64,000 nt of DNA from NCBI GenBank assembly GCA_937965795.1, contig CALCMD010000101.1, forward strand, positions 10,942 through 74,941, written 5' to 3'. The stretch is from an uncultured Lachnospiraceae bacterium. GTDB taxonomy: Bacteria > Bacillota > Clostridia > Lachnospirales > Lachnospiraceae. Of this stretch, positions 48,350-59,132 are shown piece after piece. The notes beneath the pieces are model-generated. The model searched no databases. It was given only the letters and a program-made list of their open reading frames with translations, and was not told the DNA's origin. The position numbers and the translations under genes were made by a program. Each line of letters starts with the position of its first letter. The stretch's first letter is position 1.

Positions 48350-49333
48350 TTATACCTTACTGATTCCCAAAATCTGAGGAAGTGGCGCAGCAGACATTCC
48401 GTAGATTCCGGGTGAGGTTCCGGCAAACTGAAGCTCCGGATCATAGTACAGGCCATTGATGCGTACACACGCATGGCGTGTCAGCCCGTCCGGCGCTCCA
48501 TCACGCGACCCCCGTATACGCCCCCTCACCACGCGGCAGTCTTCATATCCAATCACCTTTGCCAGGACTGCGAATCCACAGGCGAAATTATAACAGTTTC
48601 CGGCTTTCTTATCATAAAATTCTATGGCATAATCATATTCCCATCCATCATATACCTCAAACGCCCGCCATGTCACATAGCTGAAATTGGAACGGCTCGA
48701 TACATAATCAAACGCTGCCCTGAGTTGCTGCGCCCGACTCATTCCATTCGTGGTAATCTTCTTCAGGATTCCCGCCGCCTTTTCTTCCGCCTCTTTTTTT
48801 ACCTTATCCTTCCTGGTAAGCTTTGCATAACCATTTTTGTCAAGCTTTACTCCGTCAATCGTTCGATTTACGGCCATTTTCCCGGTTTTCTGATAAAAGT
48901 AAGCTTTCTTTTTTTCGAAAAACTGCCAGCCGGTCTGCATCATCCCCTGATCTGAGAAAAAATACTGGCTTTCTCCGATTTGGTACAGTCCTTTTACCCC
49001 GCATCCCTCCTCATCAAAATAGTATTTCTTTTCCTGCCAGGTTACCCAGCCGGTCTTTGCCTTTCCATTTCTTCCAAAATAGTAGCGCTTCCCACGAACG
49101 ACCTTCATGGTATTTTTTACCATCCGCCCTTTCCTGTCAAAGAAATACTTTCTCTTTCCTATCTTTTTCAGCCGACTGCGGATTAGTGTCCCATTTTCAT
49201 CATAATAATAGCGTTCGTTCTTTTTCGTCACCCAGGAATTCCGGGCAGCGTTGGTACGCATCGGCGCCAAAAGCAGGCATACCAAAAACAACATTCCTCC
49301 TGCCAGCAGGATTTCTTTTTTCATTCGTTTCAC
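48350..49333 (-). CDS. Secreted protein with cell-wall-binding repeats and a transglutaminase-like domain
   Basis: Repeated YYF-x-x-x-G motifs; GNCYNFA...RHAC...YYDPE (Cys-His-Asp). Confidence 0.82.
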   Translation of the reverse strand: MKRMKKEILLAGGMLFLVCLLLAPMRTNAARNSWVTKKNERYYYDENGTLIRSRLKKIGKRKYFFDRKGRMVKNTMKVVRGKRYYFGRNGKAKTGWVTWQEKKYYFDEEGCGVKGLYQIGESQYFFSDQGMMQTGWQFFEKKKAYFYQKTGKMAVNRTIDGVKLDKNGYAKLTRKDKVKKEAEEKAAGILKKITTNGMSRAQQLRAAFDYVSSRSNFSYVTWRAFEVYDGWEYDYAIEFYDKKAGNCYNFACGFAVLAKVIGYEDCRVVRGRIRGSRDGAPDGLTRHACVRINGLYYDPELQFAGTSPGIYGMSAAPLPQILGISKV

Positions 49334-49363
49334 AAAAACTCCCTCCGTTCCACTGCTCGCTTT

Positions 49364-49981
49364 TTAGTATTCCTCTGTTTTTACGCTTCCATCGGAATAT
49401 GTAATCTCATAATATCCGTGTCCGCTTCCGTCACAGTCGTCAAACGCCTGACGGCTTACCTCATACACACCGCCGCCAGAAGGCTGAGACTGCTGGGACT
49501 GCTGCGCTGCCTCGGCCGCCTGCGCTGCCGCCTTTGCGGCCTCCTCCGCTTTCACCGCCTGGTCTGCCTCTTCCTTTTTATCCGTCAGATAATCCTTTGC
49601 CACATAGCCTTCCTGATCGCCCAGCTTTACCTTATACCATTTGTCGCCCTCCGGAACAGCCTCTACCTCATCGCCCAGATGTGCCACAGACACTGCTTCG
49701 GATGCCGCGTCTGCTTCCTGCCGGACATAGACGTCGCTCACCACATACATGGTCTTTGGTTCTGCCGCCGTTTCTTCTGTCTCTGTTTCCGATATGCTTT
49801 CTGTCTCTGTTTCTGATACGGTTTCCGTCTCTGTTTCCGACGCCGTTTCTGCTTCTGTCCCGCTCTCTGTCTGTATCTCTGTCTTTGCCTCTGTTTCGCT
49901 TCCCGCGCCATTTCCACATGCCGTTGTCATGCAGCCTGTGACTGCCAGCGCCATGACTGCCATCATCCATTTTCTTTTCAT
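49364..49981 (-). CDS. Lipoprotein with Glu/Thr-rich linker and SH3b domain
   Basis: MTTAC lipobox; ETE repeats; VYVRQEA...WYKVK...GYVAKDYL. Confidence 0.82.
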   Translation of the reverse strand: MKRKWMMAVMALAVTGCMTTACGNGAGSETEAKTEIQTESGTEAETASETETETVSETETESISETETEETAAEPKTMYVVSDVYVRQEADAASEAVSVAHLGDEVEAVPEGDKWYKVKLGDQEGYVAKDYLTDKKEEADQAVKAEEAAKAAAQAAEAAQQSQQSQPSGGGVYEVSRQAFDDCDGSGHGYYEITYSDGSVKTEEY

Positions 49982-49995
49982 TTTTCTTTTTCCTC

Positions 49996-51381
49996 CTACA
50001 AAATATCTGTGTAAATTTTGTGCCATTTCCCGTCCTTTTGGACAAGAATGGCTACGTTTTCCATTCCCTGTCTCCATCTTTCCGTCAAATACAATACAAA
50101 CCCGCTGTCCCTGCGCTCTCCTTCTACAGAAAGGCTCGCTGGAAATGCCTCATATCTGTTTCCGTTTACCTCTATGCAGATGCGGGAATCCACTTCCAGA
50201 AACTCCTCGTCAATGACGCCGCTCAGCTTTACATAACCGCCCTGCTGTTCCGCCTGGAGTGCCGTCACTTCCGCCGCATCCTCCACGGCATCTCCCTCCG
50301 GAAGCATCAGCGAAGCCGCCATCTGCGGCGGATTTTCAGTCATTTCCGGCAGGAACCGTTCTGCCCTTTCCACGATTACCGTATCTGCCTGATGTTCCGT
50401 AAGATCTTCCATCCGGTACGGAATCCCTCTGGAAAAGTAAGCGTTCGCATATTGATTCGCCAAAAATGGAAGCAGCGTATTTCCAAAAGAATCCCGGTAC
50501 ATGACCAGACTCCCCTCCGCCGAAGGGTTTACCGTAGTAATTCTGGGGTCAAAATTACTCTCCACCTCTCCCACGTAAGCAAACACATGGGTATCATCAT
50601 AATAAATCTCTTCCTCGGGGGTCAATGCCAGCGGATAAACCATCTCATCCAAATCTCCCGTAAAATCCGTTCTGACCTCGCCTGGCGCTTCCGCAAGCGG
50701 CAGATGCTCCTTTCCAAGCTCCGTCAAAAGCGCATCCGCAGCCAGCGCCGCCCCCTTATTGTTCCAATGGGAATCCCGCTTATGATACAGAACCTCCTCC
50801 TGCTCCGAAAACATCTGATAAAGATTCACATAATGAACGCCCTCCCGCTCAAGCCACGGCTCGATGCGTTTCAGGTTCTTTTCCCCCGACACTTTCAAAC
50901 CTGCATAATAAGGCATATGCTCCCCGTACAGGCTGTTCTTGTTCGGCGCAATCGTAAACAGAAAATCCGCCCCCTGACGCTTTGTATCCTCCTGCATCAT
51001 CGCCAGAGAATGCGCCACATTAAACAATGCCCTTTCGCTCATCGGCTCCATTCCCAGATAATCATCCAGCGAATCCCGATAATAAAGCCATCCTTCTGTG
51101 CCCTGTATCACGCTGTCCACCGCCGAAACGCCAAAGATTTTTCCCTGAATCAGGGCATTGGCCGTTACCAGCTCCTGCCGGAATCCAAAATGATCCTGAA
51201 ACCAACTGCCTGCGTCGGAAAGGAAATTCAGATTCCACCCTTCCTCATCCCTTAATACGGGCGCTTTGGCACGCGTCCGGTTCTCCGAAACATCCCCGCG
51301 CTCCCCAACCGCCATACCTGCAAGGGGAATCAGGCAGACAGCGAAAAAGAGGGCTGTATAAATCGTATATTTTTTCTTCAT
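49996..51381 (-). CDS. AlgJ/AlgX (PatB/DHHW-like) O-acetyltransferase-associated protein
   Basis: SENR, FQDHFGFR, GWLYY, IAPNK, DSHW, GDL, RDSFG. Confidence 0.85.
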   Translation of the reverse strand: MKKKYTIYTALFFAVCLIPLAGMAVGERGDVSENRTRAKAPVLRDEEGWNLNFLSDAGSWFQDHFGFRQELVTANALIQGKIFGVSAVDSVIQGTEGWLYYRDSLDDYLGMEPMSERALFNVAHSLAMMQEDTKRQGADFLFTIAPNKNSLYGEHMPYYAGLKVSGEKNLKRIEPWLEREGVHYVNLYQMFSEQEEVLYHKRDSHWNNKGAALAADALLTELGKEHLPLAEAPGEVRTDFTGDLDEMVYPLALTPEEEIYYDDTHVFAYVGEVESNFDPRITTVNPSAEGSLVMYRDSFGNTLLPFLANQYANAYFSRGIPYRMEDLTEHQADTVIVERAERFLPEMTENPPQMAASLMLPEGDAVEDAAEVTALQAEQQGGYVKLSGVIDEEFLEVDSRICIEVNGNRYEAFPASLSVEGERRDSGFVLYLTERWRQGMENVAILVQKDGKWHKIYTDIL

Positions 51382-51393
51382 TCCGCCGTCCTC

Positions 51394-52788
51394 CTAAAAC
51401 CTGAAATAAATGAAAGGATTATAGGAGCCGCCTGCCAGATTCAGCATACACAGAACCAGTCCTGCCATACTGCACACATAAGCAAAGGTCTCGTAGCCTT
51501 TCCACCTTTTCCATGTTTCACAAACCGGAAAGGACGCCAGACATGCCGCAGCAAAAGTCACGATGTACAGCGGCGTAAGCTGCTGTAGACAAAGGCTGAG
51601 AGAAAAATTCCCCTCAGGAAGCCCCGTAAACATATTTTTCACCCATAAAATTCCCTGCTTCATCGTATCCGCGCGGAAAAATACAAAGCCAATGCACACC
51701 ACCAGCATTGTATAAACATGCAGAAACGCCTGCTTCACTTTTCCGCCCTTCTCATGAAGCCAGGGCACAAACTCCTCCAGCATCAGAAAACATCCATGAT
51801 ACACGCCCCAGAACAGGAACGTCACGTTCGCCCCATGCCATATGCCGGTACACAAGAATACAAAAAACTTGTTGATGCAGGTGCGCGCTTTCCCTTTCCG
51901 GTTTCCTCCCAGGGGAATATAAAGATACTCCTGAAACCAGCTTGAGAGAGAAATATGCCATCTCCGCCAGAACTCCCGGATGCTGCACGAACTGTAAGGA
52001 TAATGAAAATTCTCTTTAAAGTGAAAACCGAACATCCATCCCAGACCGATCGCCATATCACTGTAGCCGCTGAAATCAAAATAGATTTGAAGCAGGTAAG
52101 ACAAGGCTCCAAGCCATGCGGACGCCATACCGACGCTTCCGGCCTCCATGCCAAAAAGAGCGTCCGCGCCCATCGCCATCACATTGGCAATCAACACCTT
52201 TTTCGAAAGTCCGGCGATAAAACGCCGGATCCCCTTCGCAATCCCCTCTGCCGTCTGTTCCCGGTTTTCGATCTCCAGCTCCACATCATGATATTTTACG
52301 ATCGGTCCTGCAATCAACTGTGGGAAAAAGGATATGTAAAGCAGAACCTTTCCAAAATTCTTCTGGGGAGGGTTCACTCCCCGGTACACATCAATTACGT
52401 AAGACATCGCCTGGAATGTGAAAAAGGAAATGCCAATCGGCAGACGTATCTGCGGTACGGGAATCGCCGTTCCCGCAAGAGCATTCACAGTCTCCGTCAA
52501 AAATCCCGCATACTTAAATACCACCAGAAACGCCAGGTTCATAAACACCGACAAAATCAACAGCGCTTTCCTTTTTCCCTGAAAACGGCTCATCCCCAGC
52601 GCACACAGATAATTCAGGAATGCGGAAATCATCATGACAAACACATAAACCGGCTCGCCATAGGCGTAACAGACCAGACTCGCCGCCAGCAGCATAACAT
52701 TTTTCGCCCTGGTTCCGGGCAGAAGCAAATGCCCTAAAAACACCACGGGCAAAAAGACACATAAAAATACAAGAGAACTAAATACCAT
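51394..52788 (-). CDS. MBOAT O-acyltransferase (AlgI/PatA-like)
   Basis: LPIGISFFTFQ, FFPQLIAGPI, YFDFSGYSDMAIG, FWRRWHISLS, GIWHG, NPFIYFRF. Confidence 0.95.
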   Translation of the reverse strand: MVFSSLVFLCVFLPVVFLGHLLLPGTRAKNVMLLAASLVCYAYGEPVYVFVMMISAFLNYLCALGMSRFQGKRKALLILSVFMNLAFLVVFKYAGFLTETVNALAGTAIPVPQIRLPIGISFFTFQAMSYVIDVYRGVNPPQKNFGKVLLYISFFPQLIAGPIVKYHDVELEIENREQTAEGIAKGIRRFIAGLSKKVLIANVMAMGADALFGMEAGSVGMASAWLGALSYLLQIYFDFSGYSDMAIGLGWMFGFHFKENFHYPYSSCSIREFWRRWHISLSSWFQEYLYIPLGGNRKGKARTCINKFFVFLCTGIWHGANVTFLFWGVYHGCFLMLEEFVPWLHEKGGKVKQAFLHVYTMLVVCIGFVFFRADTMKQGILWVKNMFTGLPEGNFSLSLCLQQLTPLYIVTFAAACLASFPVCETWKRWKGYETFAYVCSMAGLVLCMLNLAGGSYNPFIYFRF

Positions 52789-52807
52789 GCCAGACCTCCG
52801 CTATCGC

Positions 52808-53452
52808 TTAATCACGATTCCCGGTCACGTGCCACACGATTTCTTTTTCGCCATAGCGAAACGTATACACGGTAAAGTTCCGGTAGGCCAGGATTCCGTC
52901 ATCCCCGGACTGGTTCTCCCATGTCATACAGCTTGCCATATAGTCTGCGGAATCCGGTTCGCCGATCAATTTCTTTAATTCCGCCACATCCGTTCCCTGT
53001 ACGCTGCATTTCTGCAAAAGCTCTGTCTTTCCCGTATCCTTCTTTCCATCCACGCCAAATGCGTACAATTTTCCGTCAACCGCCCAGATACCCGTATACG
53101 CTTTTCCTTCTTTTCCAAGATAATATTTTTTCTGATACCAGCAGCTTTTCTGCATCTGCGCTTTGGCATTAAAACAATAGATGTTTCCCTTGATCTTTTT
53201 TACTCCCGTGCAGGCCGCGCCGTTTTTTCCAAAGTAATATCTCTGTGTCTTTCCTTTGGTTTTTACATTGACCCACTTATTCTTAACCTTTTTCCCCTTC
53301 TTGTAATAGAAGTATTTCTTTTTCTCCTTCACCAGACCGCTTTTCTTTTTTGACGCCGCCTGAACCTGCGCGGTTTCAGGAACGATTCCCGCAGATGTCT
53401 GGAAACAGAACACGAACGCCATCGCCAGAATGCAGACCTTTATTTTCTTCAT
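52808..53452 (-). CDS. Secreted basic protein with cell-wall-binding repeats
   Basis: Signal peptide; RYYFGKNG, IYCFNAK, LYAFGVDG repeats. Confidence 0.75.
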   Translation of the reverse strand: MKKIKVCILAMAFVFCFQTSAGIVPETAQVQAASKKKSGLVKEKKKYFYYKKGKKVKNKWVNVKTKGKTQRYYFGKNGAACTGVKKIKGNIYCFNAKAQMQKSCWYQKKYYLGKEGKAYTGIWAVDGKLYAFGVDGKKDTGKTELLQKCSVQGTDVAELKKLIGEPDSADYMASCMTWENQSGDDGILAYRNFTVYTFRYGEKEIVWHVTGNRD

Positions 53453-53471
53453 AACTCTTCACCTTTCTTCC

Positions 53472-54038
53472 TTAGAACTTCACATTTACCGTTTTACTCT
53501 TTTTGTAGGCACTCTTCATACTCTTAACGCTCTTCATAAAATATTTCCCTTTACTTCCGGCGGCAAACTTATCCATATTTGCATCAAACACATACCAGAC
53601 CTTTCCCACCCGAATCTCACACCACGCATGGGGCTGCCATCTGGATTTCTGAAAGCCATTGGTCGTTCCGATACAGATTCTCACTGGAAGGTCTGTCGCT
53701 TTCTTTGCCAGAAAAGCATACAGCGCCGCATAATGATAACAGCTTCCTTCCTTTTTCTTTATCATCTCTGCGGCATAGGTTTTTTCCCATCCTTTTTTCG
53801 CCGTAAATCCCATGACACGGGCATAGCCATAATTTTTCTCCACATACTGAAACAGGTTTTTCAACTGCTTTTTCTGGTTCTTTTCTTTTTTTACCGCTTT
53901 CTTCACGAGCTTTTCTGCTGACTTCTCCAGACTGCTCTTCGCAGCGTCTGCCGGCAGTACCGCCGATGCCGCGCCGCTTACCGCCATCACTCCTGCAAGC
54001 GCCAGAGCCGCCGCTCTGTTTTTCATCTTTCCCTGCAT
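53472..54038 (-). CDS. Secreted transglutaminase-like protein
   Basis: Start at MQGKMKNR (RBS AAGGAG); GSCYHYA...HAWCE...VFDAN triad. Confidence 0.82.
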   Translation of the reverse strand: MQGKMKNRAAALALAGVMAVSGAASAVLPADAAKSSLEKSAEKLVKKAVKKEKNQKKQLKNLFQYVEKNYGYARVMGFTAKKGWEKTYAAEMIKKKEGSCYHYAALYAFLAKKATDLPVRICIGTTNGFQKSRWQPHAWCEIRVGKVWYVFDANMDKFAAGSKGKYFMKSVKSMKSAYKKSKTVNVKF

Positions 54039-54055
54039 CTTCTTCTCCTTTCTCT

Positions 54056-55193
54056 TTACTCCAGGTTTCCGGTATCCCCGGAACTTTCTCCCAATGTAAT
54101 CCATTTCAGGTAAGCATTCATAAACAAGTCGATGCTTCCATCCAGAACGCTGTCCACATTTCCCGTCTCCGCACCGGTTCTGTGATCCTTTACCATCGTA
54201 TACGGCTGTAAAACATAGGAACGAATCTGGTTCCCCCAGCCGATTTCTTTGACTTCTCCCCGGATACCAGACACTTTCTCCGCATTTTCCTGCTGTTTTA
54301 AAAGGTACAGCTTTGCTTTCAGCATCTGCATCGCCTTATCCTTATTCTGAAACTGAGAACGTTCATTCTGGCACTGCACCACGATATTCGTCGGGATATG
54401 CGTAATACGGATTGCGGAAGAAGTCTTATTGATGTGCTGTCCTCCGGCTCCGCTGGAACGGTACGTGTCAATGCGCAGATCCTCGTCACGGATTTCGATA
54501 TCTAGGTCTTCCTCTATGTCCGGCATCACATCACAGGATACAAAGGAGGTCTGGCGCTTTCCTGCCGCATTAAAGGGAGAAATGCGCACCAGGCGGTGCA
54601 CGCCCTTCTCCGATTTCAGATAACCATAGGCATTCTCGCCATTGACCTGAAAGGTTACCGACTTAATCCCGGCCTCATCGCCATCCAGATAATCCAGTAC
54701 CTCCACTGCGTATCCTTTTTTATCCGCCCAGCGGCAGAACATACGGTAGAGCATTCCGGCCCAGTCGCAGGACTCCGTCCCTCCCGCTCCTGCATGGAGC
54801 GTGACGATGGCATTGTCCTTATCATACTCGCCGGAAAGCAGAGTCTTAATCCGGATATTCTCATACGTATCGATAAAGCGTTCCAGCTCCCCCTGGATTT
54901 CCGGTATCAGGGAGGCGTCATTTTCCTCATCCGCCATCTCGATCAGCGTCTCGATCTCCTCATGTAATTCCTTCAAAGTCTGATACGTTTCAATATCATT
55001 CTTCAAATCTTTCAGGGTCCTCATCGCCTCCTGAGATTCCTCCGGCTTATCCCAGAAGTCCGGCTCTTCCATTTTTCTTTCTAATTCCTGGATCCGTTTC
55101 TCTTTATTCGCCAGGTCAAAGTGAATCCCTCACTTCCACTAATGGTTTTTCATACGTGTTCAACGTGTACTTGAACTGGTCTAATTCAACCAC
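54056..55193 (-). CDS. prfB: Peptide chain release factor 2 with programmed +1 frameshift
   Basis: GTG at 55193, 25 codons to CTT-TGA-C (55121-55115) preceded by an SD-like AGGGA; the +1 frame continues into the ORF with SPF and GGQ motifs. Confidence 0.97.
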
Positions 55194-55230
55194 AGCTTCA
55201 CCTTCTTTCTTTCATTTAAAGTTTATTTAC

Positions 55231-55257
55231 AAAAAGGCCGTTTTCAAAAAACGGCCT
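55231..55257 (-). terminator. Terminator between secA and prfB
   Basis: Minus strand AGGCCGTTTT-TTG-AAAACGGCCT followed by TTTT. Confidence 0.7.
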
Positions 55258-55271
55258 CCTGTTTCAAGTTT

Positions 55272-57830
55272 TTATTTCTTTCTTCCGCAGCACTGCTTAT
55301 ATTTCTTGCCGCTTCCGCATGGGCAGGGATCGTTCGGGTATATTTTCTGCTCCGCGCGTTTCTTCGGCGCGTTCTGCAAAGAATCATCCTTATTCGTACC
55401 CGTCACCTTCGCTACTTCCTCTCTCTCAACCTTCTGCTCGATCTTTACACGATACAGAAGGCGCAGGGTATCTTCCTGAATCGCCACAGACATGGCGTCA
55501 AACATCTCATATCCGCTCATCTTAAACTCGACAAGAGGATCTCTCTGGCCGTATGCCTGCAATCCGATTCCCTGACGAAGCTGATCCATATCATCGATAT
55601 GATCCATCCATTTTCTGTCGATTACCTTCAGAAGAATCACGCGCTCCAGCTCACGAATCTGCTCCGCCTCCGGAAACTCTGCTTCCTTCGACTCATACAG
55701 TTTCACAGCCTGTTCCTTTAAGGACTGCTTCAACTCGTTTTTCTTCATGTTTTCCTGCACGGAAATCTTCAGCGGAATAATGGGCGCCAGAAGGGAGTTC
55801 AGCTCCGGAATATTCCAGTCTGCGGTATTCTGATCATCGGAGATACACATATCTACCGTATTATCCACCGTATCGGCAATCATCTTCAGAATAGAATCCC
55901 GCATACTCTCGCCATCCAGAACCCGCCGTCTCTCTTTATAGATAATCTCCCTCTGCTCGTTGTTTACCTGGTCGTATTCTAACAGATTCTTACGAATTCC
56001 GTAGTTGTTGCTCTCAATCTTCTTCTGTGCGTTTTCAATGGCTTTCGACAGCATCTTGTGTTCGATCTGCTCATTCTCCGCCACACCCAGAGACTTGAAA
56101 ATCCCCATCAGACGTTCGGAACCAAAGAGACGCATCAGGTCATCCTCCAGGGAAATATAGAATCTGGATTCTCCCGGATCACCCTGACGTCCGGAACGTC
56201 CACGGAGCTGATTGTCAATACGTCTCGACTCATGGCGCTCTGTACCGATAATCTTCAGGCCGCCCGCTTCCTTCGCTTCCTCGTCCAGTTTAATATCCGT
56301 ACCACGTCCCGCCATGTTCGTAGCGATCGTGACTGCGCCATGCTGTCCGGCCTGCGCTACAATCTCCGCCTCCAGCTCATGAAATTTCGCATTCAGTACC
56401 TTGTGCGGAATCCCCTGCCGCTTCAGCATACCGCTCAGAAGCTCAGACGTCTCAATGGTAATCGTACCTACCAGCACCGGCTGTCCCTTCTCATGGGCTT
56501 CTCTGATCGATTCCACAACGGCATTGAACTTTTCTTTCTTTGTCATATATACCGCATCATCCAGGTCTTTTCGAAGCACCGGCTTGTTGGTCGGAATCTC
56601 AATAACGTCCATTCCATAAATATCACGGAACTCCTTTTCCTCGGTGAGCGCCGTACCGGTCATACCGGACTTTTTGGTGTATTTGTTAAAGAAATTCTGG
56701 AACGTGATGGTCGCCAGCGTCTTGCTCTCTCTTTTAACCTTTACATGCTCCTTCGCTTCAATCGCCTGATGAAGCCCATCCGAATACCTTCTTCCCGGCA
56801 TAATACGTCCGGTAAATTCATCCACGATCAATACCTGGTCTTCTTTCACCACATAATCCTGATCTCTGTGCATCAGGCTGTGCGCCCGCAGCGCCAGATT
56901 CACATTATGCTGAATCTCCAGGTTTTCCGGGTCGGCCAGATTGTCAATCTGGAAGAATTTTTCCACCTTTTTGATTCCCTGCTCGGTCAGGTTTACGACC
57001 TTATCCTTTTCGTTCACCACATAATCCCCGGTTTCGGTAATCTCTTCTCCCATGATGGCAGACATCTTCGTGACTTCGCCGCTGGCTTCTCCCCGTTCCA
57101 ACTGTCTGGCCAGAATGTCGCAAACCTCGTAAAGCTTCGTGGACTTTCCGCTCTGTCCGGAAATGATTAACGGCGTCCGCGCCTCATCGATCAGAATCGA
57201 GTCGATCTCATCGATGATTGCATAATGCAGTTCCCGCTGCACAAGCTGTTCTTTATAAATGACCATGTTATCACGCAGATAATCAAAGCCCAGCTCATTG
57301 TTCGTCACATAAGTAATGTCACACGCATACTGCGCCCGGCGCTCGTCATTGTCCATCTCATTTAAAACGCATCCCACCGTCAGCCCCAGAAATTCATGTA
57401 CTTTTCCCATCCACTGTGCGTCACGGTGCGCCAGATAATCATTTACGGTAACGATATGCACGCCCTTTCCCTCCAGGGCATTCAGATATGCCGGAAGGGT
57501 AGACACCAGGGTCTTACCTTCTCCCGTTCTCATTTCCGCAATACGTCCCTGATGAAGGATGATACCGCCGATCAACTGTACGCGGTAATGCTCCATATCC
57601 AGCACACGTCTCGCCGCCTCGCGCACCGTAGCAAATGCCTCCGGCAGAAGGTCATCCAGTGTTTCTCCTTCCTCCAGTCTCTTTTTATATTGTCTGGTCT
57701 TGTCCTTAAGTTCTTCATCCGACAAAGCCTGCATGGTCGGTCTCAAGCTTTCAATTTTATCTACAAGAGGTCTGATCATTTTTACCTCTCTCTCGCTGTG
57801 AGTACCGAATACTTTCTGAATCAAATTCAT
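55272..57830 (-). CDS. secA: Preprotein translocase SecA
   Basis: [35 protein letters not shown]-terminal [13 protein letters not shown]. Confidence 0.99.
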   Translation of the reverse strand: MNLIQKVFGTHSEREVKMIRPLVDKIESLRPTMQALSDEELKDKTRQYKKRLEEGETLDDLLPEAFATVREAARRVLDMEHYRVQLIGGIILHQGRIAEMRTGEGKTLVSTLPAYLNALEGKGVHIVTVNDYLAHRDAQWMGKVHEFLGLTVGCVLNEMDNDERRAQYACDITYVTNNELGFDYLRDNMVIYKEQLVQRELHYAIIDEIDSILIDEARTPLIISGQSGKSTKLYEVCDILARQLERGEASGEVTKMSAIMGEEITETGDYVVNEKDKVVNLTEQGIKKVEKFFQIDNLADPENLEIQHNVNLALRAHSLMHRDQDYVVKEDQVLIVDEFTGRIMPGRRYSDGLHQAIEAKEHVKVKRESKTLATITFQNFFNKYTKKSGMTGTALTEEKEFRDIYGMDVIEIPTNKPVLRKDLDDAVYMTKKEKFNAVVESIREAHEKGQPVLVGTITIETSELLSGMLKRQGIPHKVLNAKFHELEAEIVAQAGQHGAVTIATNMAGRGTDIKLDEEAKEAGGLKIIGTERHESRRIDNQLRGRSGRQGDPGESRFYISLEDDLMRLFGSERLMGIFKSLGVAENEQIEHKMLSKAIENAQKKIESNNYGIRKNLLEYDQVNNEQREIIYKERRRVLDGESMRDSILKMIADTVDNTVDMCISDDQNTADWNIPELNSLLAPIIPLKISVQENMKKNELKQSLKEQAVKLYESKEAEFPEAEQIRELERVILLKVIDRKWMDHIDDMDQLRQGIGLQAYGQRDPLVEFKMSGYEMFDAMSVAIQEDTLRLLYRVKIEQKVEREEVAKVTGTNKDDSLQNAPKKRAEQKIYPNDPCPCGSGKKYKQCCGRKK

Positions 57831-57935
57831 CTCTTTTCTCCTATACTATCATCTGTTTCAAACAAACTATCTTATATTCTACCACTTTCCCCTTAAATAA
57901 ACAATAAAATTTTTATGAATAAGCTATGAACACGT

Positions 57936-57973
57936 AAAAGCAGGGATTGCGGCAAAATACCGCAGCCCCTGCT
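57936..57973 (-). terminator. Terminator after hpf
   Basis: AGCAGGGATTGCGG / CCGCAGCCCCTGCT inverted repeat with TTTT on the minus strand. Confidence 0.75.
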
Positions 57974-57981
57974 GTCTATGG

Positions 57982-58509
57982 CTAACATTCCGGCTCGATC
58001 AATCCGTATGTGTTTCCCTTTCTCTTATACACAACGCTCACGGCATCTGTCTCTGCATTAATGAATACGAAGAAACTATGCCCCAAAAGCTCCATCTGCA
58101 CACAGGCGTCCTCCGGAAACATCGGCTTCATATCAAAATGCTTGGTACGAATAATCTTTACTTCGTCGTCCCCCTGAACTTCTTTTTCAAGGAATTCTTT
58201 CTTAAAGTTGCCTCCGTTTTTATGTTTTTCAATAATCTTGTTTTTATATTTGCGAAGCTGTCTCTCGATAACCTCTTCTACCAGGTCAATGGATACGTAC
58301 ATATCATTGCTGACCTGCTCGGAGCGGATGATATTTCCTTTTACCGGGATCGTCACCTCAATCTTCTGTCTTTCTTTTTCCACACTCAGAGTTACATTAA
58401 TCTCTGTTTCAGGAGTAAAGTACCTTTCCAGCTTTCCAAGCTTGTCCGTAACCGCTGTTCTTAAGCCTTCCGTAACCTCAATATTTTTTCCACTAATCGT
58501 AAAACGCAT
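57982..58509 (-). CDS. hpf: Ribosome hibernation promoting factor (long HPF)
   Basis: MRFTISGKNIEVT, DMYVSID, ERQLRKYK, QMELLGHSFFVF, VVYKRK. Confidence 0.95.
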   Translation of the reverse strand: MRFTISGKNIEVTEGLRTAVTDKLGKLERYFTPETEINVTLSVEKERQKIEVTIPVKGNIIRSEQVSNDMYVSIDLVEEVIERQLRKYKNKIIEKHKNGGNFKKEFLEKEVQGDDEVKIIRTKHFDMKPMFPEDACVQMELLGHSFFVFINAETDAVSVVYKRKGNTYGLIEPEC

Positions 58510-58616
58510 GATGTCCAACTCCTTTTTTCTAAAATTCCAGCACTCAATGAGTACTTTTCATGTGGATATTATACCATATTTAACACAAATTTCAAGAAAA
58601 AATCCATGAATTATCT

Positions 58617-58664
58617 GTAAACTTGTAACAGTTCAGCCTTCCGGCTTCACTGTTACGTAAACTT
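58617..58664. repeat. 32-bp palindromic mini-element flanked by an 8-bp direct repeat
   Basis: GTAAACTT [GTAACAGT TC AGCC TTCC GGCT TC ACTGTTAC] GTAAACTT. Confidence 0.75.
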
Positions 58665-58712
58665 CTAAAAAGTGAAGCCAGGGACAGGTTCTGCCCCGCC
58701 CCGGCAACGCTT

Positions 58713-59105
58713 TTAAACCAGTTCCGCAATTCTGGTAACTGCCACATAAATTTCCTGAATCTTATACCATGTACGGTAATCTACAATGCCCGTCTCCGGA
58801 AGCCCAAAAACGTCCTGAAAGATTTGAACGGCATTCTGGGTATTTTCACCGTAGATACCGTCAACCGCAATCTTCGGAATCCGCGGATAATTATTCGAAA
58901 TGGCATTTAGCTGTTCCTGAATCTGTTCCACCTGATCCCCCGCAGCGCCAATGTCCAGAGCGTAGCCGGGCCACGAGAGAGGAACCCCTGCGATTTCCTC
59001 CGCCGTATTGATATAGATGCTGCTGCCATAATAATGCCTGAGAATCTCGATCGCCGTATAGCCCTGGTCGCCCAGAGATTTTGACCCCCACTGGCTCAAC
59101 CAATT
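58713..59105 (-). pseudogene. sleC: 3' half of a SleC-like spore cortex-lytic enzyme gene (end of catalytic domain plus PG-binding domain)
   Basis: NWLSQWGSKSLGDQG...IQEQLNAIS..YP.IPKIAVDG.YG...VDY.TWYKI..IYVAVTRIAEL closely matches the C. perfringens SleC C-terminus as recalled; no 5' part upstream and no well-placed RBS. Confidence 0.8.
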
Positions 59106-59132
59106 CGCAATAACGTACCAGCCGCGCTCCTT

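Noticed and set aside
49770..49900. Tandem TCTGTCTCTGTTTC-like repeats
   Set aside because: They encode the Glu/Thr-rich lipoprotein linker; there are no spacers, so this is not CRISPR.
2583..57170. Long plus-strand ORFs (2583-3632, 6965-7879, 8978-10093, 24663-25682, 27107-28171, 50020-51255, 56058-57170)
   Set aside because: They are antisense shadows of well-supported minus-strand genes, with no recognisable motifs.
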